A stretch of DNA of 64,000 nucleotides from Gammaproteobacteria bacterium (GTDB lineage: Bacteria > Pseudomonadota > Gammaproteobacteria > Ga0077536). The notes beneath the pieces were generated by a model. The model did not search any database. It was given only the letters and a program-made list of their open reading frames with translations, and was not told the origin of the DNA. Location: assembly GCA_963662545.2 (NCBI GenBank), contig CAXXLL010000003.1, forward strand, positions 928,001 through 992,000, written 5' to 3'. Position 1 is the stretch's first letter; every line of letters starts with the position of its first letter. This document shows positions 9,132 to 20,523 of the stretch, in pieces. The translations under genes were made by a program, and so were the position numbers.

Positions 9132-10532
9132 ATGTCGCGCGACAGAAAAACCACTCTGACGAAAGGCGATTCGGGTGTTTCAGCCCTCGCTCGGCGCGAC
9201 GTTTACTCCGTTACCCGTCTCAATGAAGCGGCCCGCGCGCTGATCGAGGACGAATTCGGTACCATTTGGGTCGAAGGCGAGATCTCCAACCTCGCCCGGC
9301 CATCGTCCGGTCACATCTATTTTTCGCTTAAGGATGAGGGTGCGCAGCTCCGCTGCGCTATGTTTCGCAGCCGCAATAATCTGCTTGGCTTCGAACCCAA
9401 AGACGGACTGCAGGTTCTAGCCCTCGGCCGTGTCAGCCTCTACACCGCTCGCGGATCCTTTCAACTGATTGTCGAAGCGCTCGAACCGGCCGGCGAAGGA
9501 TTACTGCGCCTGAAATTCGAGGAATTGAAACGCAAGCTAAACGATGAGGGGCTGTTCGATCCGGATCTGAAACAGGCGCTGCCGTACTGGCCACGTGCAA
9601 TCGGTGTCGTCACATCCATCACGGGAGCTGCGCTGCATGACATACTGAACGTGCTCAATCGGCGGTGTCCGTCGATCCCCGTGATCATTTACCCGACCTC
9701 CGTGCAAGGCGACGGAGCGGCGGCGGAAATTGCCGCCGCTATCGGCAATGCGTCGCGACGCGAAGAATGCGATGTCCTCATCATCGGCCGCGGCGGCGGT
9801 TCGCTCGAAGATCTATGGTCTTTCAATGAAGAAATCGTTGCCCGGGCCATTTACGCTTCACCTATTCCCATCGTCAGCGCCATAGGTCACGAAATCGATT
9901 TCACCATCGCCGATTTCGTCGCCGACGTTCGCGCAGCCACCCCTTCGGCCGCGGCCGAGTTGGTGTCTCCTGACGCATTGGAAGTAAATGCCAAGATCAT
10001 GAATTTTCGTCAACGCCTCGGCGCAACAGTTACGTTTGCACTCAAGACGCACGCTCATGAACTCAACCAGCTTTCGCAACGGCTGGTTTCGCCACGGCGA
10101 CGCCTTGAAATGCACTTTCAGAGACTCGACGAGCTGCTGCAACGCCTGCCCGTCGGCGTCAGCAACCAACTCAAACTGCACCGTGCTCGATTCGACGCGC
10201 TTCTAAGCCGCGCGAATATGGGATCACCGCAAGCGCGGATAGGCCTTCTGCGCCGCGACATATCCCATCTTTACCAGCGTCTCGACGCCGCCTTGCGTCG
10301 GAGCCTGCGCGACCAATGGCAGACTCTGAAGCGTTTCGAAAGTCTCCTGAACGCCCTTGGACCATCAGCGACGCTCGAACGAGGATACGCCATCGTGACC
10401 GATGAATCAGGCCGCATTGTGACGGACGCGAACGACCTGAAACGCCGGCAGGAAGTCACGACCCGCGTGGCGCGGGGACGGTTCAAGAGCGCCGTTATCA
10501 TGATCGAAGCTGAAGAAAAAGACTCGAGCTAA
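9132..10532 (+). CDS. xseA: Exodeoxyribonuclease VII large subunit
   Basis: [38 protein letters not shown]. Divergent from guaB as usual. Confidence 0.97.
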   Translation: MSRDRKTTLTKGDSGVSALARRDVYSVTRLNEAARALIEDEFGTIWVEGEISNLARPSSGHIYFSLKDEGAQLRCAMFRSRNNLLGFEPKDGLQVLALGRVSLYTARGSFQLIVEALEPAGEGLLRLKFEELKRKLNDEGLFDPDLKQALPYWPRAIGVVTSITGAALHDILNVLNRRCPSIPVIIYPTSVQGDGAAAEIAAAIGNASRREECDVLIIGRGGGSLEDLWSFNEEIVARAIYASPIPIVSAIGHEIDFTIADFVADVRAATPSAAAELVSPDALEVNAKIMNFRQRLGATVTFALKTHAHELNQLSQRLVSPRRRLEMHFQRLDELLQRLPVGVSNQLKLHRARFDALLSRANMGSPQARIGLLRRDISHLYQRLDAALRRSLRDQWQTLKRFESLLNALGPSATLERGYAIVTDESGRIVTDANDLKRRQEVTTRVARGRFKSAVIMIEAEEKDSS

Positions 10533-10757
10533 ACGGACACGCGGGAAGACGTAATGGAGGCGCAAAGCCTTTCCTCCGTGCAAATATCGATCAGCGCGCA
10601 TTACTTTCCGCATTGAGCGATTCTGTTCGCGCATTGCCGATACGCCGATGCGTATTTCACATAATGCGGCAGTTTGCTGGTTGAGGTGCGACGCTTGGTT
10701 CGCCCCCAACCGCCACCGGACTCAGGGCCACCTGCACGAGCGTCACTGCAACGCCCA

Positions 10758-11516
10758 CTAACCGTATTGCCACCAATACCAGAGCGCTCCAAAGAACTCG
10801 TAGATCGCGTAGCGCGTACCGAAAAGCGCTGTTATCGACGGCAGAAAATCGTTGAACACCGGCTTGAAGACGGGCCCTGAGACGAATCCAAGCGGTGCAG
10901 GGATTGGATCGAACCCTGCTTCTTCGAACGCACGCAGCGCGCGCGGCATGTGCATTGCGTGCGTCACCAGGATTATGGTGTCGAATGGAAATTGTTCGCG
11001 GCTATTGAGCGCGTTTTCCGCCGTGTTGTAGCTTTCGATTTCAGCCCAGCGTACCGACACCCCGAAATCTGCCTCCAAAACGTTGCGCATCAGCACCCCT
11101 TCGGGTGTTCCTAGGCCGCCTGGAGCACCCCCGGTGACGGCGATCTCGATGCCGGTTACTCGATGCAGATACGCGCCGTAACGCAGGCGTTCGAGCGTTA
11201 ATCGCGAGACGGTGTCGAACCCTTCGAATTCGGGCGCCTCCGAGTAGGCCCCACCGCTAAGAATGACGATTGCATCCACAGATTTCCCGGATAGTTGGTC
11301 CGGTTCAAAGGGCGGAATTGTCTCCAGCGAGCGGGCGATCCAAGCGGCGGTAAACGGCATGGAGAGTATCCACATCGAGAGTGCAGCAATGACCAGCAGC
11401 GAGAGACCGAGTCGACGCCATCTTAGGTAAAAAATGATTCCGAGCAGTCCAACTGCTGCGGGTGCGCCAGGAGGGAGCACGAGGGTCTTGACGATCGAAT
11501 AAAAGTCGATTTCCAA
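10758..11516 (-). CDS. YdcF/ElyC-like (DUF218) membrane-anchored protein
   Basis: N-terminal TMs, AIVILSGG, VTGG, S.NTAENA, LVTHAMHMPRA, YE..G. Confidence 0.88.
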   Translation of the reverse strand: MEIDFYSIVKTLVLPPGAPAAVGLLGIIFYLRWRRLGLSLLVIAALSMWILSMPFTAAWIARSLETIPPFEPDQLSGKSVDAIVILSGGAYSEAPEFEGFDTVSRLTLERLRYGAYLHRVTGIEIAVTGGAPGGLGTPEGVLMRNVLEADFGVSVRWAEIESYNTAENALNSREQFPFDTIILVTHAMHMPRALRAFEEAGFDPIPAPLGFVSGPVFKPVFNDFLPSITALFGTRYAIYEFFGALWYWWQYG

Positions 11517-11537
11517 TCGCCGACTCGGTGCGCTTAG

Positions 11538-11699
11538 GGAACCTCTGAATAAGTCATGGTGCGTCTGAATGGTTCATGAAATGGTGCAGATCAAGGCACC
11601 AATCGCAGGCCATAGCGGGGATTATTGGCAAAGTTCGTAACGTAAGGCTCCGCGATTTCATGGACAAGGCAGATGGGCCATGACTTAATCAGAGGTTCC
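11538..11699 (+). mobile_element. 162-bp MITE copy 2
   Basis: 22-bp TIR with 21/22 match, flanked by TTAG at 11534-11537 and 11700-11703. Confidence 0.92.
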
Positions 11700-12659
11700 T
11701 TAGCCTATTCCGTGGCCCGTGGCTTGCTGATCCGCATGATAGGAGGATCGCACCAACGGTGCGCTCGCGACGTTGTGGAAGCCCAGTGCACGCCCGAAAT
11801 CCGCGAGATCATCGAATTCTTCGGGGGTGACGAACCGCTCGACTGGCAGATGCGCCCTGCTCGGTTGCAGATACTGGCCGATCGTTACCATGTCGCAATC
11901 GTGCCGGCGAAGATCTTTCAGCACCGACTTGACCTCGCCGATCGACTCTCCAAGTCCGAGCATCAAACCTGATTTTGTCGGAACGTCGGGCACCGCAGCC
12001 TTGAAGCGTCGGATGAGTTCCAGAGACCAGGCATAGTCCGAACCGGGGCGTACCTTCCTATAGAGCGCCGGGATGGTTTCGAGATTGTGGTTGAAGACGT
12101 CCGGCGGCGCTTGCAACAAGGCGTCCAACGCCTTCTCCATACGGCCGCGAAAGTCCGGGACCAGGATTTCAATGCGGATGGAAGGGACGCGTTCACGGAC
12201 CGCTCGCACGCAGTCCGCAAAATGCGCCGCGCCGCCATCCCTCAGATCGTCGCGGTCCACTGAAGTGATTACAACGTAATTCAAGGCCATGCGCTGCACC
12301 GCATTGGCCAGATGCTCGGGCTCGGAGGAGTCGAGCGCTTGCGGCCGGCCGTGCGCCACGTCACAAAACGGGCAGCGGCGCGTGCAGAGATCACCCATGA
12401 TCATAAAGGTCGCCGTGCCGTTCGTGAAACACTCTCCCAGATTAGGACAGGATGCTTCCTCACAGACGGTGTGAAGTCCCTCGTCGCGCAAAAGTTTCTT
12501 TAACGTCGTTACGCGCGGGTCAGTCGGCGCGCGAACTTTCAGCCAGGGTGGTTTCCGCGGCAGCGGCCCTTTAACAGGTATGACCTTGACGGGAATTCGT
12601 GCGACTTTGTCGCTGCCTCTTTGAGCACGCGTCGGTTTCGTCTCGAGTTTGGTATGCAT
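11700..12659 (-). CDS. lipA: Lipoyl synthase
   Basis: [24 protein letters not shown]. Confidence 0.98.
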   Translation of the reverse strand: MHTKLETKPTRAQRGSDKVARIPVKVIPVKGPLPRKPPWLKVRAPTDPRVTTLKKLLRDEGLHTVCEEASCPNLGECFTNGTATFMIMGDLCTRRCPFCDVAHGRPQALDSSEPEHLANAVQRMALNYVVITSVDRDDLRDGGAAHFADCVRAVRERVPSIRIEILVPDFRGRMEKALDALLQAPPDVFNHNLETIPALYRKVRPGSDYAWSLELIRRFKAAVPDVPTKSGLMLGLGESIGEVKSVLKDLRRHDCDMVTIGQYLQPSRAHLPVERFVTPEEFDDLADFGRALGFHNVASAPLVRSSYHADQQATGHGIG

Positions 12660-12668
12660 ACTTTGAAA

Positions 12669-13343
12669 TTATGCCGTTTGGGGCATGTATGCGATGCAGG
12701 TCGGGTCGGACGTATATTCCAGAACGAAAGGCAGATCGCCATATAGATGCCGAGTTACGATCGGAACGAATTCTCGTATAACAGCCCCCACATCGGCAGG
12801 TCCGCCCAAATCCGATAATTGGGTCACTGCAAGACCGGCATATCCACATGGATTGATGCGCGAAAATGGCTCGAGATCCATTGCAATGTTCAATGCGATA
12901 CCGTGATAGCTGTAACCGTTACGAATTCGTAAGCCGAGAGCCGCGACCTTGGCTGCACCGACATAGACGCCAGGCGCGCCCGCCCGCCGCTCCGCGACGA
13001 TCCCCAGTATGTCAAGATAGTCGATTAAGGACTGCTCCAATCGGCGCACGAGTTCGCGGGGACCAATGCCCAGGCGCTTGACGTTCAACAACGCGTACAA
13101 GACCAATTGTCCGGGACCGTGGTAGGTCACCTGACCGCCGCGGTCGCTGTTGACGACCGGGATTTCACCGGGAGCTAGTAGGTGCTCACTTTTTCCCGCG
13201 CGACCTTGCGTAAATATGGCCGGGTGTTCGAGCGCCCATAATTCGTCGTCCGAAGACGATGAACGGGACCGCGTAAAATTCTGCATGGCATGCCAGGCCT
13301 GCTCGTAGTCGATACTTCCGAGGTCGCGCAATACGACGTTCAT
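12669..13343 (-). CDS. lipB: Octanoyltransferase
   Basis: [34 protein letters not shown]. Confidence 0.97.
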   Translation of the reverse strand: MNVVLRDLGSIDYEQAWHAMQNFTRSRSSSSDDELWALEHPAIFTQGRAGKSEHLLAPGEIPVVNSDRGGQVTYHGPGQLVLYALLNVKRLGIGPRELVRRLEQSLIDYLDILGIVAERRAGAPGVYVGAAKVAALGLRIRNGYSYHGIALNIAMDLEPFSRINPCGYAGLAVTQLSDLGGPADVGAVIREFVPIVTRHLYGDLPFVLEYTSDPTCIAYMPQTA

Positions 13344-13636
13344 AGCACCATCAGCACCCGTTCGTGGGCGCAGAGCTCGGTATATAAACGGTCCAGTTGC
13401 TGCTGACTCTGAGCCTGGAACGTGACGGTGATCGATATGTATTTCCCATGCCGGCTCTGCTTGGATCGAATCGCTCCTTCGCCGAGATCGTCGACATGTC
13501 TGCGAACAATAGCCACGACCAAGGAGTCGAAATCCGCGGCGGCAGTACCCATGACTTTTAGCGGGAAATCACAGGGAAACTCGAGCAACGATTCGGCTTG
13601 CGTTGCCGCGGCCTCGTCGGGTGATTCTGCGGTCAT
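13340..13636 (-). CDS. ybeD: YbeD/DUF493 family protein
   Basis: [22 protein letters not shown] ending. Sits upstream of lipB. Confidence 0.9.
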   Translation of the reverse strand: MTAESPDEAAATQAESLLEFPCDFPLKVMGTAAADFDSLVVAIVRRHVDDLGEGAIRSKQSRHGKYISITVTFQAQSQQQLDRLYTELCAHERVLMVL

Positions 13637-13897
13637 CGCAAACATTGTAACGTGCGCCGGCCCCGATCACGGCCGGCGACATGGCGGATAAAGCCTATCA
13701 GCCTGTCGGATTACAGTTTTTCCGTATCGCAGCCGCTATCTAAAGGCAACAGGATTAAGACACCTAAGCTTTTGATCTAAAAAGATATGTGGAAACATCA
13801 TAGAATTCACTTTAAATAATGGCGCTAATGTGCCAAAATCGGATGGCGATATTGGTACCAAAGACCGAGTTGCCTGTGAAGTAAGGGGAATCACGGG

Positions 13898-14053
13898 ATG
13901 GAAGACATCCTCATAGCGCTGTATTACGTCGTTGCAATCGTGGTAGTCGTCGTGCATTACCTCGGTTTGCTCGAGGACCGCGGACTCGAGTGGATCGTGT
14001 ATGTCGTGGCCGCTTTGCTGTTTCCGATGTTGTATTTCGCCTATATTCCCTGA
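13898..14053 (+). CDS. Small two-TM hypothetical protein (51 aa)
   Basis: MEDILIALYYVVAIVVVVVHYLGLLEDRGLEWIVYVVAALLFPMLYFAYIP. Purine-rich RBS-like sequence upstream. Below the ORF-track cutoff. Confidence 0.65.
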   Translation: MEDILIALYYVVAIVVVVVHYLGLLEDRGLEWIVYVVAALLFPMLYFAYIP

Positions 14054-14065
14054 ATCCACCCTTTT

Positions 14066-14584
14066 TCAGCTCGCCAGGGCCTTGGGTCGCTGATGTGTCA
14101 CCACGTTAGCGCAACCGCGCTCTAGCTTGTCGAAGCGGCACGCCATCTCCAACATGTAGATGGCGCCGGTCGCAAACCGCATTTTGACTTCGCTCGCCGC
14201 AGGAATTTCGGCCACGAGGTAGCCGATCAGCTCCTCAAGACCAGGATTGTGGCCCAGGATCATCAAGTTTCGATGGCGCTTCTGGGTCTTGAGAACATTC
14301 ACAATGACTTCGAGCGAACCCAGATAGAGGGCATCGATCCACTCGGTACGGTCGCCAAAATCGACCTTCGCTCCCTCGGCAAACAGGTTCAAGGTTTCGC
14401 GGGCTCGACGCGCAGGTGAACTCAAGATCCATTCTGGTAGACGGTCATCTTGCGCCATCCATCGCCCCATTCGGCGGGCGTCACGAGCCCCGCGTTCGGA
14501 CAGCGGCCGCAAAAAATCCTCATGCTCGCCGCTATACAAATCAGATTTGGCGTGACGCATTACTGCCAATCGGTTCTTGGTCAT
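14066..14584 (-). CDS. SixA-like phosphohistidine phosphatase
   Basis: MRHAKS, RPLS.RG, SSPARRA.ET, GHNPG. Start set at ATG 14584. Confidence 0.9.
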   Translation of the reverse strand: MTKNRLAVMRHAKSDLYSGEHEDFLRPLSERGARDARRMGRWMAQDDRLPEWILSSPARRARETLNLFAEGAKVDFGDRTEWIDALYLGSLEVIVNVLKTQKRHRNLMILGHNPGLEELIGYLVAEIPAASEVKMRFATGAIYMLEMACRFDKLERGCANVVTHQRPKALAS

Positions 14585-14877
14585 AAATGATGCCAGAAAT
14601 CGTGATCCAGCCCGCAAGCCGACCACGGCGATTGGCGAATACGTAAATCCGACCCTATATATCACATCGCAGATAATCATTTTCTTACGCAACGCGACAG
14701 ATTTCACGTTGTGGTACATTTCGACGCTGCTCATCGCCTGATTGGCACCACTAAACCACGCTCCCCTCGCCTTGATACTTTGGAAAGACCGCCTTTGGCG
14801 TAACCGCGGACAATGTTGAGATAGGAAAGGCCCCATCACCCGGCCCCGGCACCCTGGCGGGTCTGGTTTGGGAAAGC

Positions 14878-15804
14878 ATGTACGACGCCAAATACGCGCT
14901 CGATATCAAAGGATTGCGAAAGACCTTCCGCAACGGTTTCGAGGCTCTGCATGCCATTGACCTGCGCGTACGTGCCGGCGATTTCTTCGCCCTGCTCGGG
15001 CCAAACGGGGCCGGAAAATCGACGACCATCGGCATCGTCAGCTCGCTCGTCAATAAGTCTGCTGGACGAGTATCAATCTTCGGTATCGATATTGACGAAG
15101 ATTTTTCGCTCGCCAAATCCTATATCGGAGTCGTACCACAGGAGATCAATTTCTCGCAGTTCGAAACTCCGCTCGAAATCGTCGTGAACCAGGCCGGCTA
15201 TTACGGTATCCAACGACGCATTGCGTTGGAACGTGCTGAAACATATCTAAAGCGTCTCGCGTTATGGGATCGGCGGAACGAAAACTCCAGAAATCTTTCC
15301 GGCGGAATGAAACGGCGTTTGATGATCGCTCGGGCTCTCATACATGAACCGCGGTTGTTGATACTCGACGAACCTTCAGCAGGCGTCGACATCGAGATTC
15401 GGCGCTCGATGTGGGAATTTCTGATCGGCCTCAATAAGGCAGGTACGACGATCATATTGACCACCCACTACTTGGAGGAGGCTGAACAACTTTGCAGGAA
15501 CATCGCCATTATCGACGACGGCAAGATCGTAGAAGATACGTCGATGCGCACCTTGCTTACCAAACTTCACGCGGAGACGTTCGTTCTGGATTGTGATTCG
15601 CGTTTGGACGAGCCGCCCGCTCTTAATGGATTCCTGGTTTCGAAAGTCGATGATCAAAGTTTCGAGGTCATCGTGGAAAAGCACCAGACCCTCAATGAGA
15701 TGTTCGCACAGATATCAGCTCAAGGCGTAAAGATCAAAAGCATGCGCAACAAGCGAAATCGGCTCGAAGAGCTATTTATAAAGCTGGTGCACCCCAATGA
15801 CTGA
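14878..15804 (+). CDS. yadG: ABC transporter ATP-binding protein (YadG-like)
   Basis: GPNGAGKST, LSGGMKRR, ILDEP, TTHYLEEAE, NRLEELF. Confidence 0.88.
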   Translation: MYDAKYALDIKGLRKTFRNGFEALHAIDLRVRAGDFFALLGPNGAGKSTTIGIVSSLVNKSAGRVSIFGIDIDEDFSLAKSYIGVVPQEINFSQFETPLEIVVNQAGYYGIQRRIALERAETYLKRLALWDRRNENSRNLSGGMKRRLMIARALIHEPRLLILDEPSAGVDIEIRRSMWEFLIGLNKAGTTIILTTHYLEEAEQLCRNIAIIDDGKIVEDTSMRTLLTKLHAETFVLDCDSRLDEPPALNGFLVSKVDDQSFEVIVEKHQTLNEMFAQISAQGVKIKSMRNKRNRLEELFIKLVHPND

Positions 15805-16606
15805 AGAGGTGAAACGACTCTGGGCAGAAAACGCGAAATGGCGACGGTACTACATCGCTTTCAGCACCATCGTCATCAAGGAGTTCCACCGCTTCATACG
15901 CATCTGGGTGCAGACGATACTTCCACCGGCGATAACCATGGGCCTCTATTTCGTCATTTTTGGAAATCTGATTGGTCCGCGCATCGGACAGATGGGTGGA
16001 TTTACCTATATGCAATATATCGCCCCCGGTATCATCATGATGGCTATCATTACGAACGCCTATTCGAACGTTGTCTCGTCATTCTTCGGTGCCAAGTTCC
16101 AGCGTCATATTGAAGAAATCCTGATTGCGCCGGTGCCGAGCACATTGATTGTCGCGGGTTATGTAACTGGAGGCATGTGCCGAGGCATTATGGTAGGTGC
16201 CTTAGTCACTCTCGTCGCTTTGTTTTTTACCGATCTACAGGTAAATTCATGGTTTATCACCATTGCGGTGGTGGTCCTTACTTCCATTCTCTTTTCACTC
16301 GCTGGGTTCATCAACGCAATCTTCGCCAGGAAGTTCGACGATATTTCGATCGTGCCAACCTTTATATTGACTCCGCTGACCTTTTTGGGCGGAGTCTTTT
16401 ACTCGATCGATTTACTGCCGGAACTATGGCGGCAAATTTCGCTGCTCAATCCAGTTTTGTACATGGTAAATGCATTCAGGTATGGGATCCTGGGTGTCAG
16501 TGATATTGATTTACTCACGGCGTTTTCCGTCATCATCGCTTTCGTGATTGTGCTTGCGACGATAAGCGTACTACTGCTCGATCGCGGCGTCGGGATCCGA
16601 ACTTAG
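15797..16606 (+). CDS. yadH: ABC-2 type permease (YadH-like)
   Basis: RIWVQTILPPAIT, YSNVVSSFF, LTFLGGVFYS. Six TMs. Confidence 0.88.
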   Translation: MTEEVKRLWAENAKWRRYYIAFSTIVIKEFHRFIRIWVQTILPPAITMGLYFVIFGNLIGPRIGQMGGFTYMQYIAPGIIMMAIITNAYSNVVSSFFGAKFQRHIEEILIAPVPSTLIVAGYVTGGMCRGIMVGALVTLVALFFTDLQVNSWFITIAVVVLTSILFSLAGFINAIFARKFDDISIVPTFILTPLTFLGGVFYSIDLLPELWRQISLLNPVLYMVNAFRYGILGVSDIDLLTAFSVIIAFVIVLATISVLLLDRGVGIRT

Positions 16607-16860
16607 AAGCCCGTCGTGAATGTCCAATACCGGAACAATACCGCGGGACGAAATTCAGCCCCGAGAGCCATTGATTTTCGCCCGTTATCCTGGACGCCTC
16701 CAGAGCACGAAGGCGCCGACGTTCATACCCGGCTCTTACTGCAAATGTACGTCAAGCGTTGGATTATGATCGCTGGATTTACTGGAACCCGCGACGCTGC
16801 GGGCGTAATCTATAGCCGACGCTAGCAGACCGTCCGACTTAGGGATTCATAACGTGGAGG

Positions 16861-17646
16861 GTGTCGATGACTGCCGCCCGAAATTTGAGTACTCGACGCA
16901 AGGCTTACCGCGTGCGGCCGGATTCGGTCGACGAGTTGGACTTTGCGCTTCTCGAGAAACGATACAAAGTAGTCCGGGGTAAAGTCTCCGACATCGCAAT
17001 TGGCGGCGCGCAGGTGGAATTTCAGAATGGCAGCGCTCAACCGCTCGAGAGCGGCGCAAGGGTTCAACTGGCGGTAGCATCCGAACGCTACGATTTCGAC
17101 GCAAAGATATGGGCCCGGATCGTATCGAGCAATGGGGATCCAACGGATCAGATAGTACGTTTTTCTTTCGAAACTGAAAACGAAGGGCTGAATCCGGAGA
17201 GCGAAAAGTTTTTTGAGCTGTTCAACCGGCGAGCGATATATCGACGGGTCGAGAACGCTCCCGATACAACCTTGGATGCCGGCGTATCGCCCAAAATAGA
17301 CGGCGACGAGTCGCTGCAGACCTATCCTATATCAGTCCGGAATATTTCTAGCATCGGCGTCAGTTTCGCAATTGGGCCGGAAACGGACCAAAAACTCCGA
17401 GCTTGTACAGACCTCATTATCAGCGTCAATCTGCCAAATCATCCCGGATTGCAAATGATTGCATGCCAGGTGCGTCATCGTACTTCGAAAGGTGAATTGT
17501 ATTTTTACGGTTGCGAGTTCGACTGGACCGCGACGGCGAACTCCCTTGAGATCATTGAGGATATGGTTGCCTATCTTCTCGAACATTTCGACGCAGTCGA
17601 CCGCTTGACGGCTGACCGCAGGGAACAGCGAAAACGAGCCGGCTGA
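16861..17646 (+). CDS. Tandem PilZ-like domain protein
   Basis: RRKAYR...DIAIGG and RRAIYR...NISSIG match two RxxxR + (D/N)xSxxG-type motif pairs. Confidence 0.7.
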   Translation: MSMTAARNLSTRRKAYRVRPDSVDELDFALLEKRYKVVRGKVSDIAIGGAQVEFQNGSAQPLESGARVQLAVASERYDFDAKIWARIVSSNGDPTDQIVRFSFETENEGLNPESEKFFELFNRRAIYRRVENAPDTTLDAGVSPKIDGDESLQTYPISVRNISSIGVSFAIGPETDQKLRACTDLIISVNLPNHPGLQMIACQVRHRTSKGELYFYGCEFDWTATANSLEIIEDMVAYLLEHFDAVDRLTADRREQRKRAG

Positions 17647-17678
17647 AGCAAGGTTTTAGGTCAATGGACGCACGCGTT

Positions 17679-18536
17679 CTAGCTAGCTTGGCGTTCGGCA
17701 ATGTATGTCTGAAAGTGCGTGTAGGCTTCCAGGGCCAGTGGATAACGGCCCTCTTTTCCAACGGTATGGTTGTCGAGCAGCGCCACGCTGAGAAGATCCC
17801 GCGTTGAGCTCGCGAGCCAGATCTCATCGGCTTGCTTCAAGTCCGCATGAGATATTTTTGTCTCTTCGACGAAAATACCTGCCTCAACGAGAACCTCGAT
17901 CAGTAGTCCTCTCGTCACACCCGGTAGAAGGAGATTCGACAAGGGTGGCGTGCTGACCCGCCCGCCGTTGACTACGAATACATTGGTCGACGCGCCCTCC
18001 GTCACGGCATCCTCCCGCAGGAGTATTGCATCATAAGCGTTGGCCGCTTTCGCGTGATTACGGAGCAGCACATTAGCCAACAGCGAAGTCGATTTGATGT
18101 CGCACCGGATCCATCGAATGTCTTCTGAAGTAATAGCATTGACACGAGTCAGACCTGTGTATGCCGGGCCGGTTTGCGCCATGATTAGTACCGTAGGCCG
18201 AACGTCCGTTTGAAATACATGATCACGTTCTGCCGCTCCTCGAGTTACCTGGACATAAATTGAGCGCTGATTATTTTCGTTTGCTTCGAGTAATTGCTCT
18301 AGCAAGGCATTCCATGCCGAGGCTCGATGAGGGTTTTTGAGCTCAATGGCCAAGAGACTGCGTTCGAGCCGCGCGATGTGCTCTTCTGCAGCAAATAGTT
18401 TTCCGTGCTTAACGGGAATAACTTCATATACCGCATCACCAAACATGAACGCGCGATCCATTACGGATACTTTCGCGTCTTTCAGCGGTATGAACTCCCC
18501 GTTAAGATAGCAGGTGCTCATCCGGGTTCTACTCAT
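17679..18536 (-). CDS. dat: D-amino acid aminotransferase (PLP fold IV)
   Basis: DRAFMFGDAVYEV, RCDIKSTSLL, EGASTN, LPGVTR. Confidence 0.88.
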   Translation of the reverse strand: MSRTRMSTCYLNGEFIPLKDAKVSVMDRAFMFGDAVYEVIPVKHGKLFAAEEHIARLERSLLAIELKNPHRASAWNALLEQLLEANENNQRSIYVQVTRGAAERDHVFQTDVRPTVLIMAQTGPAYTGLTRVNAITSEDIRWIRCDIKSTSLLANVLLRNHAKAANAYDAILLREDAVTEGASTNVFVVNGGRVSTPPLSNLLLPGVTRGLLIEVLVEAGIFVEETKISHADLKQADEIWLASSTRDLLSVALLDNHTVGKEGRYPLALEAYTHFQTYIAERQAS

Positions 18537-19703
18537 CTATTCGAATATGAGCATCACATTGTCGTACAAGCGAGAGAAAAACGACCCCGTATCAATGCCG
18601 TCCAGCGCCAGCAGTGGGACTGCCGCCAACTGCTCACCGTCTAGTGAAATAACCATACGCCCGAGCGTTTGACCCTTGCTAACCGGAGCTATGAGTGGAG
18701 CATCAATATTCGCGGTTGCTTCAAGATCGTCATAACGGCCGCGCGGAATGGTTACAAAAACTGTATCAGGGGGGCCCAGATCGACTTTTTCGGCAGCACC
18801 CTTCCATATTTTCAATGTTGTAATAACTTCTGAATCTCTATAGAGCTCTCGCGTTTCGAAAAAACGATATCCGTAATTTATTAGCGTTAAGCTCGCCTCG
18901 GTTCTCGCCGTCTCCGACCTGGAACCCATAACCGCGGAAATTAAACGCACTCCATCTCGCTCTGCGGAAGACACAAGACAATATCCTGCCGCTTCCGTAT
19001 GACCTGTCTTGAGCCCGTCCGCTGATTTATCCAGAACAAGAAGGCGATTGCGGTTCGATTGACGAATGTTGTTATAGGTGAATTCCTGGATGTCGAATCT
19101 TGCGTATAACGCGGGGAATTCCCTGATCAGTGCCGACGACAAAAGTGCCATATCCTTAGCGGTCGTATACGTATCGGAATCAGGAAGTCCTGTACTGTTT
19201 GAGAAATTAGAATTTGTCATGCCCAGCTTTCGCGCGTGATCCGTCATGATACTTGCGAATACATCTTCCGTACCTGAAATGTGTTCTGCCAGAGCAACGC
19301 TTGCATCATTTCCGGACTGGACGATCACACCCTGAAGGAGATCGTCTACAGAAACTCGTTTTCCTACTTCAATAAACATGCGCGACCCTTCCATTCGCCA
19401 TGCTTTCTCGCTGACCTTTATCTCATCGTCCAATGCGATCAGGCCGGATTGCAGTGCATGACCTGCCACGTAAACAGTCATGATCTTGGTCAGGCTCGCC
19501 GGTTCGAGCCGTTCGTCGGCATTGTGCTCTGCGAGCACGCTGGACGTTAAATGGTCGACGAGAATGTAAGATCTAGCGCTGAGTTGTGGTGCTGGAATCA
19601 CGGACTTAAGACCCGCATCAGCCGTGCCCCAGGTCAGGACACACAGTACTACCAACCAAACTCCTACACGCTTTTGTCGGCAGGATAACGTTTGAGCGTC
19701 CAT
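18537..19703 (-). CDS. dacA: D-alanyl-D-alanine carboxypeptidase (PBP5/6)
   Basis: PASLTK (SxxK), SGN, KTG motifs. Confidence 0.92.
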   Translation of the reverse strand: MDAQTLSCRQKRVGVWLVVLCVLTWGTADAGLKSVIPAPQLSARSYILVDHLTSSVLAEHNADERLEPASLTKIMTVYVAGHALQSGLIALDDEIKVSEKAWRMEGSRMFIEVGKRVSVDDLLQGVIVQSGNDASVALAEHISGTEDVFASIMTDHARKLGMTNSNFSNSTGLPDSDTYTTAKDMALLSSALIREFPALYARFDIQEFTYNNIRQSNRNRLLVLDKSADGLKTGHTEAAGYCLVSSAERDGVRLISAVMGSRSETARTEASLTLINYGYRFFETRELYRDSEVITTLKIWKGAAEKVDLGPPDTVFVTIPRGRYDDLEATANIDAPLIAPVSKGQTLGRMVISLDGEQLAAVPLLALDGIDTGSFFSRLYDNVMLIFE

Positions 19704-19706
19704 CGA

Positions 19707-20513
19707 CTAATTAACGACGAAATAGTGTTGCGTGATCCCCAGTTGCCCAAGTAAGGTGACGATTCCGTCCGCCAGATCGACGCTGACGATCGGGCCAACC
19801 TGAACTCGATAAAGCGATCGTCCATTGCTGGTTACTTTTCGTATATGAACGTTTTTGGGCACTAGGCCGGCTACTTGATCGGATAAGCGCACGGCGTTGC
19901 CGCGCTCTTCAAACGCCCCGATTTGCAGATAGATACCGGGGGAAATGCTTGAATTTACCGCCGCGGCGGCAAGTACGGATCCTGACGGTTTTCCGTTTTC
20001 GTCGAGCGCACGAACTTCCACGAACGCCGTTCCCTTGCCGGTCATATTGAGCTTCAAGGCTGCCGCATAGGACAAATCGATAATCCGATTTTCATGAAAC
20101 GGACCGCGGTCGTTTACTTTCACGATCGCCGTTTTGTCGTTATCCAGGTTCCGGATCTGCACGTATGTGGGCAGCGGCAAGACCTTATGCGCGGCTGTCA
20201 TCTTGTACATGTCGTAGATTTCCCCGCTCGACGTCTTGCGGCCATGAAATTTCTTGCCATACCAAGACGCAATCCCCCTCTCTACATAGCCGTCGGCCGT
20301 CTTCGCCGTGTAATAGCGCTTACCCAGTACAACGTAGGATTCAGCATTGCCGTATTTACTGCGCGCCTCCTTGCGCGGTACTGCGTCCCGTATATCGTTG
20401 GGCGATAGCGAACGCCCGGGACCATCGCGCTCCACAATCACACCACAAGCTGCAAATAATACGAGCACCGTCCCGACTGCGATCCTCGTGAGTGCGCTGC
20501 AGAACCGGCACAT
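19707..20513 (-). CDS. rlpA: Septal ring lytic transglycosylase lipoprotein
   Basis: Lipobox FAAC, ASWYG, TAAHKVLP, VNDRGPF, C-terminal SPOR domain. Start reset to ATG 20513. Confidence 0.94.
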   Translation of the reverse strand: MCRFCSALTRIAVGTVLVLFAACGVIVERDGPGRSLSPNDIRDAVPRKEARSKYGNAESYVVLGKRYYTAKTADGYVERGIASWYGKKFHGRKTSSGEIYDMYKMTAAHKVLPLPTYVQIRNLDNDKTAIVKVNDRGPFHENRIIDLSYAAALKLNMTGKGTAFVEVRALDENGKPSGSVLAAAAVNSSISPGIYLQIGAFEERGNAVRLSDQVAGLVPKNVHIRKVTSNGRSLYRVQVGPIVSVDLADGIVTLLGQLGITQHYFVVN

Positions 20514-20523
20514 GTTCTCGCGC

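Noticed and set aside
10533-10757. Small zinc-ribbon gene (YfgJ-like) convergent with xseA
   Set aside because: Manual translation shows no CxxC pattern. Treated as intergenic.
14585-14839. N-terminal extension of the SixA-like ORF
   Set aside because: The RH motif belongs near the N-terminus. The extension crosses the divergent promoter region.
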